The notes: generated from the sequence alone by a model not told the origin. A DNA stretch of 64,000 nucleotides from Chthonomonadales bacterium (GCA_038229495.1 JBBROJ010000006.1:7038-71037), one strand, 5' to 3'; shown: positions 45,867 through 56,428, counted from the first letter of the stretch. Made by a program: numbers and translations.

Positions 45867-46883
45867 ATGATTGTCAAGCCGAAAAGCGGCGCGAGTTATG
45901 TGGTTGGGGTGGACCTGGGCGGCACGAACGTGCGCGCCGCTATAGTGGATAAACACGAGAAGATCATCGGACAGGCCCGGAATCCGTCCGACGCGAAGTT
46001 GGGCGCGGCGAGGGTTGTCGCGCAGACGGCTTTGACTGTGCGTCAGGCGATTTCGGACGCGGGACTGAAGCCCGAGGAGATGGGGGCGGTCGGACTCGCG
46101 GTCCCCGGGCATATCGACAGCAGGAAGGGAATCATCCGCTGGTCTCCCAATTTTGGCGAAGATATTGATGGGCGCTTTCAGATGTTCCTGGACGTGCCCT
46201 TTTGCGAGCCGGTATCCGAGGCGCTGGGGCTGGCCGCCTATGCGGGGAACGACGCGAACGTCGCCGCGCTGGGAGAGTTTCGATATGGAGCCGGCCGGCA
46301 CGTTCACGACATTGTAATGTTTACGCTGGGCACCGGAATTGGCAGCGGCGTGATCGTGGACGGCAGGCTGGTGATCGGCTCTACCGGCGGCGCGGCGGAG
46401 GTGGGCCACCATGTAATCGTCGCGGGCGGCGAGCGGTGCGGGTGCGGCACGTTCGGCTGTCTGGAGGCGTACTGCGGCCAGCATGGCATCATCGAGCGCG
46501 CCCTGCGGGCGGTAGACACTGGGCGCGAAACGCTGCTCCGCGAGAAGATCGGCGATGATAAAACAGCGCTTACACCGAAGCAGATCGACGAGGCCGCGAA
46601 GGCAGGGGACGCAGTCGCGCTTGGCGTTTTCGAGGAGACCGGCTACTACCTGGGTATCGGACTGAGCAACGCCGTCAACATATTCAACCCCGCGCTGATT
46701 GTCATAGGAGGCGGAATCCGCAAGGCATCGGGCCTTCTGCCGGCGGCCGAGCGTTCGATGCGCATGCACTCCATCCATTCGATGGCGCACACGTGCCGGA
46801 TTGTGGAGGCCGAGCTTGGAGAGGACGCGGGCGTGATGGGGGCGGCGGAGCTTGCATGGCGCAAGGTGGCGGGCGAAGAGTAG
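45867..46883 (+). CDS. ROK family sugar kinase (glucokinase-like)
   Basis: VGVDLGGTNVRAA. Zn motif GGERCGCGTFGCLEAY. ATG 45867 lies 6 nt after GGGAGG. Confidence 0.85.
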   Translation: MIVKPKSGASYVVGVDLGGTNVRAAIVDKHEKIIGQARNPSDAKLGAARVVAQTALTVRQAISDAGLKPEEMGAVGLAVPGHIDSRKGIIRWSPNFGEDIDGRFQMFLDVPFCEPVSEALGLAAYAGNDANVAALGEFRYGAGRHVHDIVMFTLGTGIGSGVIVDGRLVIGSTGGAAEVGHHVIVAGGERCGCGTFGCLEAYCGQHGIIERALRAVDTGRETLLREKIGDDKTALTPKQIDEAAKAGDAVALGVFEETGYYLGIGLSNAVNIFNPALIVIGGGIRKASGLLPAAERSMRMHSIHSMAHTCRIVEAELGEDAGVMGAAELAWRKVAGEE

Positions 46884-46996
46884 GAGGGAGCAGGAAGGAA
46901 TGAGGGGTAGGAAGGAATAGGCCGCCTGGATGCGTTCCCACGACTTGCGCGCGGCGGGTAGAATGGAGGACAACCAACCCGAACAGGAATGTGAAT

Positions 46997-48376
46997 ATGC
47001 CTCAGACCGGCCAAGCCCAATCCCCGCTCGCCTGCAAGTTTGGCGGGACGTCCCTTGCGGGCGCCGCGCAGATAAAGCGGGTCGCATCCATCGTTCGCGC
47101 CGACCCGCGGCGAAGAGTTATCGTGGTATCCGCGCCCGGCAAGCGGAGCGCGTCGGACAAGAAGGTGACGGACCTTCTCTACCTCTGCCACCATACTCTG
47201 CGAGAGGGCTTGAGCGCGGCATCCATCTTCGCGCTCATCCGGGAGCGGTATGTGGAGATGGCGCAAGACCTGGGCATCGAGGGCATGCCCGGCTGGCTCG
47301 ACGAAGTGGAAGCCGGGATGGTGGCGGGCGCGAAAAGGGAAGATTCCGCCGACTGGCTGGCCTCGCGAGGAGAGTATCTTCAGGCACGGCTGGTCGCCTG
47401 CTATCTTGGGGCGCGCTTCGTGGACGCCGCGGACCTCATTCGATTTACGGAGGATGGGTGGCTCGACCCGTCCAGCTACGAGACTATTGCGCGGACGCTC
47501 GGCCCGACGATAGCGTCGAATAGATTGTCGGAGACAGCGCCGGAGAGTCTTGTCGTAGTGCCTGGATTCTACGGGCGCGACGCTAATGGCAGGATAAAGA
47601 CGTTTTCGCGCGGCGGCTCGGACGTGACGGGTGCGATTGTGGCGCGTGCTGTCGGCGCCGCCGCTTACGAAAACTGGACGGACGTGGACGGCCTCATGAT
47701 GGCGGACCCGCGCCTCATACCGAACGCGCGCCCAATCCGCGAGGTGACCTATCGTGAGCTTCGCGAGCTATCGTACATGGGCGCTTCGGTGCTTCATGAA
47801 GAAGCGGTCTTTCCGGTTCGAGAAGCGGGCATTCCAATTCACATACGCAACACGAACGCCCCGGAGCTGCCGGGTACGTGGATTCGCTCCACGCGCCCAA
47901 ACGCGGAGCTTCCCGTGGTCGGGATCGCCGGGCGCAAGGGGTTTTCCACGATTCAGATCGAAAAGTCCCTGATGAACCAGGAGCGCGGCTTCGGCAGGCG
48001 GGCGCTGCAAATCCTTGAGAGCCACGGCATATCCTTCGAGCATACGCCCACGAGCATCGATTCGATGTCCGTTATTATGCATGAGGAGGAGCTGCGGGAG
48101 CGGCGAGTGGCCGTCGTGGACGAGATTCAGCGCGTCCTACAGCCCGACCGGTTGGAAATTCTTGACGGCATGGCGCTGATTGCGACCGTGGGGCAGGGAA
48201 TGAGCCACACGATTGGCATTGCGGCCCGTCTTTTCGGCGCGCTTGGGAATGCGGGTATCAATATCCGCATGATCGACCAGGGCGCGTCGGAAATCAACAT
48301 TATCACGGGCGTGATGAACGAGGATTACGAAGCGGCGATTCGAGCCATCTACGATACCTTTGTACCGGCGGACTGA
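46997..48376 (+). CDS. lysC: aspartate kinase
   Basis: CKFGGTSLAG, VVVSAPG, FSRGGSDVTGA, and C-terminal ACT-like repeats. Confidence 0.88.
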   Translation: MPQTGQAQSPLACKFGGTSLAGAAQIKRVASIVRADPRRRVIVVSAPGKRSASDKKVTDLLYLCHHTLREGLSAASIFALIRERYVEMAQDLGIEGMPGWLDEVEAGMVAGAKREDSADWLASRGEYLQARLVACYLGARFVDAADLIRFTEDGWLDPSSYETIARTLGPTIASNRLSETAPESLVVVPGFYGRDANGRIKTFSRGGSDVTGAIVARAVGAAAYENWTDVDGLMMADPRLIPNARPIREVTYRELRELSYMGASVLHEEAVFPVREAGIPIHIRNTNAPELPGTWIRSTRPNAELPVVGIAGRKGFSTIQIEKSLMNQERGFGRRALQILESHGISFEHTPTSIDSMSVIMHEEELRERRVAVVDEIQRVLQPDRLEILDGMALIATVGQGMSHTIGIAARLFGALGNAGINIRMIDQGASEINIITGVMNEDYEAAIRAIYDTFVPAD

Positions 48377-48618
48377 ACGGAGCGGCGGATAGCACGGATA
48401 TATACGATGTATAAGTGGAGATCAAGACGGTGAGCCGCCGCGAATTGCGCCTCTGCCAGTTTTGGCAATAATGCAGGATAAACCGCGCGGAGCAGTGAAT
48501 GTGGTTTCGTAACATTACGTACTCTTCAGATTCCGGCTTGCGTCCGGTCATGCGAATTGCTCAAGCTGAAGGCCGCCGCAGCCGCGATCGCTGTTCTCTT
48601 TCCTCAGGAGGATTGCCC

Positions 48619-49632
48619 ATGTCCGTTCAGTCACCTCGAAGCCCGCGTATCTCCGTCGGCGAAGCGGCCGCTGTCTGCGCCATAGTCGGCGTTCTCGGCG
48701 CATCGCTCTTTCCGGTATTTGCCCACGCGCGTGAAGCCTCTCTATCTGCCACCGACATGACCGCGTTCAAGGCGCTTAACCTCGCCGGCTCGCTATACTC
48801 CGAAGACTACGACGAAGATGACGTCTCCGACAAGGCCGTGCACGCCCGCCGCGAGACGAATCGGCCGGGAGGTAATGCGGGCGGCCGAAATCGCGGCGCC
48901 GGAATCGTCTATCACGGCGGCCCCCTGATCCTCGGAACCACGAATGTATACTACATCTGGTATGGTAACTGGTCCGGGAACACCGCTACTACGATCCTCA
49001 CCGATCTCGCAAACAGCATCGGCGGAACACCCTACTTCAATATCAATACAACGTATTACAATGGTAGCAATGTCAAGGTTTCCAATTCAGTTCACTACGC
49101 TGGTTCGACAACGGATAATTACTCGCAGGGCACATCACTCTCTGATTCTGCCGTTCAGGCGGTCGTATCTTCTGCCATCACGACCGGAGCTTTGCCCAAG
49201 GACACCAACGGAGTCTATTTTGTGCTCACTTCGTCGGATGTAACGGCGTCCTCCGGTTTCTGCACGCAGTACTGCGGCTGGCACACCCACGGAACTATCC
49301 TCGGGAGCGACATAAAGTACTCGTTTGTCGGTAATCCGGATCGCTGTCCGTCGTCATGTGAGGCTCAGTCGACGGGTCCCAACGGAAATGCGGGGGCGGA
49401 CGGCATGGCTTCTATCATAGCGCACGAGCTCGAAGAGACGGTTACGGATCCCGATCTGAACGCGTGGTATGACAGCCGCGGCAACGAGAACGCCGACAAG
49501 TGCGCATGGACGTTCGGCTCAACTTATGCAGCCAACGGATCGACAGCCAACATGAAACTAGGATCTCGGGACTACCTTATTCAGCAGAACTGGGTGAACG
49601 CTTCTGGCGGATTTTGCGCAAAGAGCTACTGA
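48619..49632 (+). CDS. secreted EXORDIUM / phosphate-induced protein 1 (PHI-1)-like protein
   Basis: ATG 48619 lies 7 nt after AGGAGG. TM/signal segment. YHGGPLILG..VYYIWYGNW, VYFVLTSSDV..SGFC..YCGWH, VGNPDRCPSSC, NGNAGADGMASIIAHEL. Confidence 0.6.
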   Translation: MSVQSPRSPRISVGEAAAVCAIVGVLGASLFPVFAHAREASLSATDMTAFKALNLAGSLYSEDYDEDDVSDKAVHARRETNRPGGNAGGRNRGAGIVYHGGPLILGTTNVYYIWYGNWSGNTATTILTDLANSIGGTPYFNINTTYYNGSNVKVSNSVHYAGSTTDNYSQGTSLSDSAVQAVVSSAITTGALPKDTNGVYFVLTSSDVTASSGFCTQYCGWHTHGTILGSDIKYSFVGNPDRCPSSCEAQSTGPNGNAGADGMASIIAHELEETVTDPDLNAWYDSRGNENADKCAWTFGSTYAANGSTANMKLGSRDYLIQQNWVNASGGFCAKSY

Positions 49633-49659
49633 TCGCCTGTTTCAAAAATCTCGTTTATG

Positions 49660-49693
49660 CAGCGGCCCGTCCGGCATGCGGGACGGGCCGCTG
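49660..49693. terminator. 13-bp-stem hairpin between convergent genes
   Basis: CAGCGGCCCGTCC / GGCATGCG / GGACGGGCCGCTG. Confidence 0.6.
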
Positions 49694-49786
49694 TGCAAAT
49701 AGCGTTGGCAGATGCGATCGAGGGAAGGAAGAGAGATAAAGGGCGGCTGTGGAGGCAACACGGATTATCATCGTGCAGATATTCTC

Positions 49787-52192
49787 TCACAGGGGAATTT
49801 CAGTCCGTTCCCGTTGGCTCTTGCGCGCTCGCTCGACCCCGTCGACGGCTATGACATAGCCTTCCGCAACATTCCACGACACGTCGATTACATGGCCTCG
49901 ATAGTGGATTCCGGTCATAATGAAGCGGTCGATCTCGAACGGCAGGGGGTCGAGGATCAGCGTTTGGGAGCCGTTTGGCTGGATGCCTATCAAGTATTTG
50001 ACCAGCAGGTCGATGACCCAGGAGTGCTGATAATCATCGATCCCCCGGTACATGGACGGCGCGCCCGTGTAAGGGTTGTAGTGCTCGAAGCAGTTGGGGC
50101 GCTCCGCGTCGCCATCGAAGAACATCATCTTGACGAAGCGATGAATCAGCTCCGCCGCCTTTGGCTTCAATGAGTTGTCCAGGGTTAGCGCGGCGCGCGC
50201 CAGCGCCTCCGCGACGTGCGAGTTGGTCATGGGCCAGACGCGTCCGTTCCATGGGCACGACATCCGCCGGCCTTTCCATTCGCCCTCTGCGCTGAAATAC
50301 GGGTCGTCCACGCTCGAAGCCGGAACCGGGTAATCGGTCCAAAACTCCTTGGGATTCAGTAGGTGTTCGCTAATGGCGGCCAGATGCTCCCGACCCGCGA
50401 TATCGCACAGGAACGGATAGAATCCTACCGCCGCCTTGAAGGTTGAGCGGCTTCCCGTGCGAGGGTCCACATCGAGAAAGAATCGCCACTCCGGGTCCCA
50501 CATACGCTCCCGGACGGCGGCGCGGGTAGCATCGGCTTTGCGCGTCCAGACCGCTGACTCATCCTCTTTCCCCAGGAGCACGGCCATCTCCGCAAGCGCG
50601 CGCTGGAGCTGGTAGATATAACCCGTCGCGTCCACCCCCTTGAGCTGGATGGACCGCCAATCGTCCGCCGAATCGTCGACGAACAGGTAGCGGGACATGT
50701 ACTCCTGGCCCGTCTCCCCCTGGTCCTGAATGTCGTAGAGGTGCCAGTCCTCCCGATCCCGGTCCCGTTCGAAATACTCAGCATACCGCGAGAGGTCGGG
50801 GTAGACGCGCTCGACGAACTCCCTGTCGCCGGTCATGTGGTAGAGCTGAAGAGCGTTCGCGCCCCAGTTAGCGTGATAGAAACCGCGCGTCTCCCGCCAG
50901 AGGTAGAGATGGCCCGGAAGATAGCCCCCTTGCTCCTGCGCCGCGAACATCCCCTCGATACAGCCCATGGCGAGCGCGCGGTCGTGCTGCCAGGCGGTCT
51001 CCAGCATGTGGCATTGCGCGGAATAGGAGATATGGCTCCGAAAGCCGCCGATGCCCTCGAAGACACAGGGGTAAGGGAATCGGACTCCCTCTTCACCTGG
51101 TATCTGATGACCGCCAATATCTACCGTAAGCAGTCGGAGACCATACCACCGGTACCAGTAGTATTTCTGAAGCCACGGGTCGCTGCATTCGAAGTAGGGG
51201 ACGCCCGCGAAGTACCTCTGCCATGCGGCTCGGCTGGCGGCGGCTGCATCTTCCTGAAGGTCATTTTGCAGATGAAGGAGCGCCACCCCGCGATCCAGCG
51301 CGAGATTCGCGCCGAACTGAATCGCGCGGCTCTCGCCCGCCGGAACCTCCAGCGTGTAGTGCAGGCAGAGATGAAGGTGACCCTCAATTAAGGGACGAGG
51401 GATAAGGGATGACGGATTAGCTGCGGCTTCTTCCGTCGTATCCCCGTTGGGCCGGAATTCGTCTGCCAGCAAACCATTTCGAAACTTCTCGGGGACGACG
51501 GAAAGCTGCCAAAGTGGCGCGGTGTCGGAGCGCTGGGTGAGGTTCACGGAATAGGAGTCGGGCGCGCGGTCGGCTCCGAGCGCGACGTACAGAGAATGGC
51601 GGACGCTTTCTGCATGCCCTGCCTTCCTTAACTTGCCAGGCGATGATGCGGCGGAGCGCTCTCCCCAGCCTGCGTTCTCCGCGGGGCGATCGGCATATGG
51701 CGTTTCGCCGTAGTCGACCGAGTGCGCGAAGGTCAGATAATCTCCCGCTCTGGCGGTCTCCTCGGCGCTGGTAGACATTACTCCGGGCGGGAAGCTCGAC
51801 CTCTCCTGCAAGCTCCAGAGGATGAAGTTGAGATTACGCGCGCGCTTGCTGTCGTTAAAGAGGGTGACGCGGGATGTCAGCGTATCGTTTGCGGAGACAA
51901 TCTTGTCCTCGCGGATTCGCAGGCCGTCCGGCGATACGTGGGTTTGAGTAAGGGCGTCGGGCGTCCAGCGGCGCCGATCTCGCCGCATCTCCAACGGCCG
52001 GCCCTTCTCGTCGAGAATGAGGACCGTGAAGAGACGCTCCAATCGAACGTCCACAAAGTATGACTCATCCCAAAAGCCCAGCGAATCGAGGAATCGCGGG
52101 AAAGCGGGCGCAAACATTGCGCCGCGCCCTCCGCCCAGATACCACTTATCACTCCGCTCCAGATATTCGAGGGGGTCCAGACGTGTTGCCAT
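49787..52192 (-). CDS. large (alpha/alpha)6-barrel-type glycoside hydrolase-like protein (GH63/MGH1-like class)
   Basis: Start re-picked at ATG 52192 (MATRLDPLEYL). About 801 aa. Family call from general resemblance only (..YHANWGANALQLY.., ..FYPF.., ..CPWNGRVWPMTN..). Confidence 0.5.
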   Translation of the reverse strand: MATRLDPLEYLERSDKWYLGGGRGAMFAPAFPRFLDSLGFWDESYFVDVRLERLFTVLILDEKGRPLEMRRDRRRWTPDALTQTHVSPDGLRIREDKIVSANDTLTSRVTLFNDSKRARNLNFILWSLQERSSFPPGVMSTSAEETARAGDYLTFAHSVDYGETPYADRPAENAGWGERSAASSPGKLRKAGHAESVRHSLYVALGADRAPDSYSVNLTQRSDTAPLWQLSVVPEKFRNGLLADEFRPNGDTTEEAAANPSSLIPRPLIEGHLHLCLHYTLEVPAGESRAIQFGANLALDRGVALLHLQNDLQEDAAAASRAAWQRYFAGVPYFECSDPWLQKYYWYRWYGLRLLTVDIGGHQIPGEEGVRFPYPCVFEGIGGFRSHISYSAQCHMLETAWQHDRALAMGCIEGMFAAQEQGGYLPGHLYLWRETRGFYHANWGANALQLYHMTGDREFVERVYPDLSRYAEYFERDRDREDWHLYDIQDQGETGQEYMSRYLFVDDSADDWRSIQLKGVDATGYIYQLQRALAEMAVLLGKEDESAVWTRKADATRAAVRERMWDPEWRFFLDVDPRTGSRSTFKAAVGFYPFLCDIAGREHLAAISEHLLNPKEFWTDYPVPASSVDDPYFSAEGEWKGRRMSCPWNGRVWPMTNSHVAEALARAALTLDNSLKPKAAELIHRFVKMMFFDGDAERPNCFEHYNPYTGAPSMYRGIDDYQHSWVIDLLVKYLIGIQPNGSQTLILDPLPFEIDRFIMTGIHYRGHVIDVSWNVAEGYVIAVDGVERARKSQRERTEIPL

Positions 52193-52303
52193 GGCGAACA
52201 GGGTTCCTTCATGCTCTATTGAACCCTGATTCGGCGAGCCCGCAGGTATCACCTTCACGGCATTGGGTGGTGGGGCGAAGCACTCAACTGTGCCAATGCA
52301 AAG

Positions 52304-52326
52304 CCCCCTCCTTATTAAGGAGGGGG
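52304..52326. repeat. C5/G5-clamped hairpin (second member)
   Basis: CCCCCTCCTT-ATT-AAGGAGGGGG, lying 24 nt downstream of the small minus-strand gene ending at 52350. Confidence 0.7.
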
Positions 52327-52349
52327 TTGGGGGAAGTTCCCACAGAATC

Positions 52350-52637
52350 TCAGCGCGAGGCGGTTTTCTTGCCCCACATCTTTGTGCCGCGCGTCGGCTG
52401 GACACCGGCGGGAAGGGCAGTCGAGCCGGCCGGGTTCCCTTTGCGAAGCTGCTGAACTATTCCCTGCACGTCTCCCCGCTTCGGGCTTATGCGGCCGACC
52501 TGCGTTATGGACAATGCGAGGATTCCCATCGCTCCGGCGGCAAATGCGATAGTGACCGGCGCTTTGAACCCCCTGGAGCCTTTGGTGGCCGCCTTTAGCC
52601 GGGCGGGCGGTGCGTTCCTTACGAATTTGATTGCCAT
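52350..52637 (-). CDS. small single-TM protein coupled to the pseudopilin gene
   Basis: ATG 52637-52635 overlaps the upstream TAA by 1 nt (TAATG). 95 aa. TM segment PVTIAFAAGAMGILALSITQV. Confidence 0.45.
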   Translation of the reverse strand: MAIKFVRNAPPARLKAATKGSRGFKAPVTIAFAAGAMGILALSITQVGRISPKRGDVQGIVQQLRKGNPAGSTALPAGVQPTRGTKMWGKKTASR

Positions 52638-53488
52638 TAGTTTAGATCCCATATGTAGGCGTCGCGATCGGTAATTGCGCCGCCCCAGGCATCCTGCACG
52701 TCGCATCCGGCCGCAAGCTGGTTGATATGCAGAGATTTCACATGCCCATCGACAAACGCGACAGTCACTCTCTCTCCGTGCCATGGCCAGACGGCGCCAA
52801 ATACGTTGGCAGCGAGCGGTTGGCTGAGCGTCCATCCGCCGTACCAAAAGAACCAGGGATAGCCTCCCTGGGACGGAAAGCTGTCCGACCCATCCGCATA
52901 GGCCCGGCAAGGCGGATCGATAAAGAGGTTACCGCCTCCATACGGCGCGCCGGAAGCAGTTCGATTCCAGACCGCGTCCACGCCCAGAATCGTCTCCGAG
53001 GGCTTTGCAATACTCGCGTTGGCTGTCGGAAGCGCCATGGCCGGTATGGCATCGGTTGATGTCATTGGACAGAGGTACTGATAGTTGAATCCAAAATCGT
53101 TCTTGACGGCGAGATTGAATTCCCTTTGCGAATCTGTATCCGGAGGGGGGACTTCAACGGTGAGGCGGTCGTTGGCATCGGCTACGTCCGACGGGCACTC
53201 CAGAATTTGGTAGCTCTTCAGATACGGCTGTATCAGATTTCCTAGAACTCGGTTTGGAGGCGAAGTCAGCTCGAACGACGTCGCGGTGAGCGGCATAAGC
53301 TCGTCATAGTCCTGCAGGTACATTGTGATGGCCGACGAGTGCTGCCGGAAGTTGCTTGCGCATGTCGTGGCCCGCGCCTGAGCCCTCACCTGAGCAAAAA
53401 CAGGGAAAAGGATCGCCGAAAGAATAGCGATAATAGCTATCACGACAAGTAGTTCTATTAACGTAAAGCCTCGTGCGTTTTTCCTCAT
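52637..53488 (-). CDS. DUF1559 / prepilin-type N-terminal cleavage-methylation domain protein (pseudopilin-like)
   Basis: [27 protein letters not shown]-terminus. C-terminal [11 protein letters not shown] (H-x9-DG-type) motif. Confidence 0.85.
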   Translation of the reverse strand: MRKNARGFTLIELLVVIAIIAILSAILFPVFAQVRAQARATTCASNFRQHSSAITMYLQDYDELMPLTATSFELTSPPNRVLGNLIQPYLKSYQILECPSDVADANDRLTVEVPPPDTDSQREFNLAVKNDFGFNYQYLCPMTSTDAIPAMALPTANASIAKPSETILGVDAVWNRTASGAPYGGGNLFIDPPCRAYADGSDSFPSQGGYPWFFWYGGWTLSQPLAANVFGAVWPWHGERVTVAFVDGHVKSLHINQLAAGCDVQDAWGGAITDRDAYIWDLN

Positions 53489-53764
53489 GATCGTTTCTAC
53501 CTCTTGGTATCCAGCAGTTTCGGCATGGCCGCCGGCGATATCGTACTGGCGTTCATCTTATCGCAGGCAGAGCAATTTATACACAGCAGCGGAGTCATCG
53601 CTACACATCTCCTTTCCACATCTGCCAGGTAATCATACGATCCAAAATTCTAACAGCAACTCCGCGTGCGATTTGCTTGCGAGATTCTCCGCACTTGATT
53701 CACCGCAGGAATTGCGCGCCGGTCCACCGAATCTACCTCGCACTCACAACCGGAGGAATTCACC

Positions 53765-55060
53765 TTGCCTAAGATAGCCATGATCGGAGCGGGCAGCACC
53801 GTATTTGCGAAGAACCTGCTAGGCGACATTTTGAGCTTTCCCGAGCTGGCCGGCAGCCACGTCGCGCTAATGGACATCGACGAAGAGCGGCTGCGTGTCT
53901 CGGAAGTGGTGGCGCGCAAGGTAGGCCAGGCTGTCGGCGCGCGCCCCCGCATCACCGCGCACACGGACCGGCGACACGCGCTTGATGGGGCCGATTACGT
54001 TATCAATATGATTCAGGTGGGAGGCTACGCGCCGGGAACGGTCCTCGATTTCGAGATTCCGAAGAAATACGGGCTGCGCCAGACCATTGCCGATACGCTG
54101 GGAATCGGCGGAATCATGCGCGCGCTACGGACCATTCCGGTCGTGCTTGATATGTGCAGGGATATGGAAGAACTTTGCCCTGGCGTCCAGTTCCTGAACT
54201 ATACCAACCCCATGGCAATGCTATGCTGGATCGTGAACAGTGCGACGAAGATTCGAACCGTCGGCCTCTGCCACAGCGTGCAGGGGACCGCCGGGCAGCT
54301 CGCCAGGGACATCGGCGTGTCTCTGGAAGAGATCAATTACTTCTGCGCCGGCATCAATCACATGGCCTTCTTCCTGCGGTTTGAAAGGGACGGAAAGGAC
54401 CTCTATCCGCTGATTCGCAGAGTGATCGAGGAGAATCGCATACCCGACGGGAATCGCGTCCGCTACGAGATGCTGGCCCGGCTTGGCTACTTCGTGACCG
54501 AATCGAGCGAGCACTTCGCGGAATACTGTCCCTACTTTATCAAGTCCGCCCACCCCGAGCTGATCGAGCGATTCAACGTGCCGCTCGACGAATATATCCG
54601 GCGATGCGTGAGCCAGATTGAGGGTTGGAAGTCGATGCGAGAAACCTTCGAGGGCGAAGAGCCGGTAGAGATAAAGCGGAGCCACGAGTATGGGTCCCTG
54701 ATTATCCACTCGATGGAGACCGGAGTTCCGCGAGTAATCTATGGCAACGTGCGGAACAACGATCTCATCACGAATCTGCCGAAGGACTGCTGCGTCGAGG
54801 TGCCCTGCCTCGTAGACAGGAACGGTATCCAGCCTACCCCGGCGGGCGATCTGCCGAAACAGCTCGCGGCTATTATGATGACGAATGTGAACGTGCAATC
54901 GCTGACGGTTGAAGCGGCTCTTACCGGAAAGCGCGAGCACGTCTACCAGGCGGCCATGATGGACCCGCATACGTCGAGCGAGCTGACGCTGGATCAGATA
55001 TGGTCCATGGTGGATGAGCTCATTGCGGCGCACGGTGATTACATCCCGCCGCTGACATAA
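53765..55060 (+). CDS. GH4 family NAD/Mn-dependent alpha-glucosidase/alpha-galactosidase
   Basis: TTG start 8 nt after GGAGGA. PKIAMIGAGSTVFAKNLLGDIL, GLCHSVQGT, CAGINHMAFF. Confidence 0.85.
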   Translation: MPKIAMIGAGSTVFAKNLLGDILSFPELAGSHVALMDIDEERLRVSEVVARKVGQAVGARPRITAHTDRRHALDGADYVINMIQVGGYAPGTVLDFEIPKKYGLRQTIADTLGIGGIMRALRTIPVVLDMCRDMEELCPGVQFLNYTNPMAMLCWIVNSATKIRTVGLCHSVQGTAGQLARDIGVSLEEINYFCAGINHMAFFLRFERDGKDLYPLIRRVIEENRIPDGNRVRYEMLARLGYFVTESSEHFAEYCPYFIKSAHPELIERFNVPLDEYIRRCVSQIEGWKSMRETFEGEEPVEIKRSHEYGSLIIHSMETGVPRVIYGNVRNNDLITNLPKDCCVEVPCLVDRNGIQPTPAGDLPKQLAAIMMTNVNVQSLTVEAALTGKREHVYQAAMMDPHTSSELTLDQIWSMVDELIAAHGDYIPPLT

Positions 55061-55130
55061 CCCGCAGGCATCTCTTCCTGAATGAGCAGCAAGGCCGCTG
55101 GAGCGAAATCTCCAGCGGCCTTGTGCGCGC
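55057..55130 (+). repeat. 74-bp direct repeat, left copy (contains the GH4 stop codon and a 13-bp-stem hairpin at 55091-55122)
   Basis: 69 of 74 positions identical to 58278-58351 (manual alignment). Confidence 0.9.
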
Positions 55131-55231
55131 TGGGAGCGCTAAAAATATAGTTTGACACGCATTGCAGTACGTGCTAATATCCACATGTAATAGCATCCGT
55201 GCCCAGCGTCCTTTTTACAAGGAAGTGGCCG

Positions 55232-55930
55232 ATGATGAGAGTCTTTGCGTATCTCACGTTTTTATTGTCCCTCGTCGTGGCCTTTTACACGTCTTCTCAG
55301 CCTTTACAAGCGGCGCAAGCGGCAGCCGCTCCTCAAGACTCCCGGAAATATCAGATCACTGTATGGGTCGTTCGGCCCGGTTTGAAGCGGAATCCAACAC
55401 CATCGGAGTTGACGCATCACCCTGAGCAATGGACGGTCGTTCAGGGATTCGCGTCAGAGTCCAAGCCGTTCAAAGACGACGACGCCCTCCTAGCATATCT
55501 ACGAAACGCTAACCCACTCTTCACCTTCTCCAGGTTTGAACATAGAGTAACCACAATGGTCGCGGGCGACGAGAAATGGAACGTCCCGCTTACAGCAACG
55601 CGCCTCACGTTGAGGGTCGCCCGCGAGGACCGCGCGAAGCTTCTACGTACCGCCACGGCTGCTCTCAGCGCCGAGCGGCAGGAGCGATATCTGCAGTTTG
55701 CTGCCAAACGCCTAATCGTAAAGGAGGACGCGCTTGTCATATTAGAGGACGGCCACGGTAAAGGACAAAGCACGTTTACTGGTATTAGAGCGATCAGCGA
55801 TGGCAGCACGTTTACTGTGAATCCGGATATGCAATACGCCACATCATACGATAAACTCGGCTCCCACCCGGCTGCCGTGCGTCATACACCCACTGACGTT
55901 CTGCTCGTTCGCGTTCAGCAATTACGCTGA
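55232..55930 (+). CDS. secreted hypothetical protein (cassette gene 1)
   Basis: ATG 55232 follows AGGAAG. Signal peptide MMRVFAYLTFLLSLVVAFYTSSQPLQA. Confidence 0.5.
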   Translation: MMRVFAYLTFLLSLVVAFYTSSQPLQAAQAAAAPQDSRKYQITVWVVRPGLKRNPTPSELTHHPEQWTVVQGFASESKPFKDDDALLAYLRNANPLFTFSRFEHRVTTMVAGDEKWNVPLTATRLTLRVAREDRAKLLRTATAALSAERQERYLQFAAKRLIVKEDALVILEDGHGKGQSTFTGIRAISDGSTFTVNPDMQYATSYDKLGSHPAAVRHTPTDVLLVRVQQLR

Positions 55931-55945
55931 GAAAGGATTTGTTCC

Positions 55946-56428
55946 ATGTTTGCATTACGTGCTCGTGCCGCAATCGCCGCAATCGCTTTTACAGCTTGCG
56001 CGACAGTGATTATTGCCAGGGTTGCGATCGCAACAGCGACTTACAACTCATCTAATGCGACTATAACGTCCCCAACGGCGGGGGCATCTTACACCGTGGG
56101 CTCCTATGTCCCTGTCTCAAGCGATCACACCATCAGTTTTTCGCGCACAGTGGACAGCCCTGATAACGGGGATAGAGTCGGTGTCATTTTGAAGAATGGA
56201 ACTACGCAGAGCGGCGTCACGTCCGTGGTCGCAGGGAGCGGCACAAGCCATTCGTGGGGAGGGGGCGAGGCCGGATCATGGTCTTACACGCTGAACAATC
56301 TCACGGGAGTGACGAACAGTCTCGCGGTCGGATCGGCGGCCATTTGGGCAAAAACCAACTACACGATCAACAACGCTACAGAGCATCTGGGCACATACAG
56401 GGATTTGACGATCACAATCACCAATTAG
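55946..56428 (+). CDS. secreted/anchored hypothetical protein, Ig-like Ser/Thr/Asn-rich (cassette gene 2)
   Basis: N-terminal hydrophobic segment AAIAAIAFTACATVIIA. 160 aa. Confidence 0.45.
   Translation: MFALRARAAIAAIAFTACATVIIARVAIATATYNSSNATITSPTAGASYTVGSYVPVSSDHTISFSRTVDSPDNGDRVGVILKNGTTQSGVTSVVAGSGTSHSWGGGEAGSWSYTLNNLTGVTNSLAVGSAAIWAKTNYTINNATEHLGTYRDLTITITN

Noticed and set aside
46884-46996. Lysine riboswitch (L-box) upstream of lysC
   Set aside because: The intergenic region is only about 113 nt, too short for an L-box. I could not see its conserved helices. It contains only the AGGAAGGAAT repeat pair.
45651-47087. 478-aa minus-strand ORF
   Set aside because: It is antisense to the ROK kinase gene and the lysC start. 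It has Arg-rich composition and no motifs.
54221-55033. 270-aa minus-strand ORF
   Set aside because: It is antisense to the GH4 gene. It is a shadow ORF.
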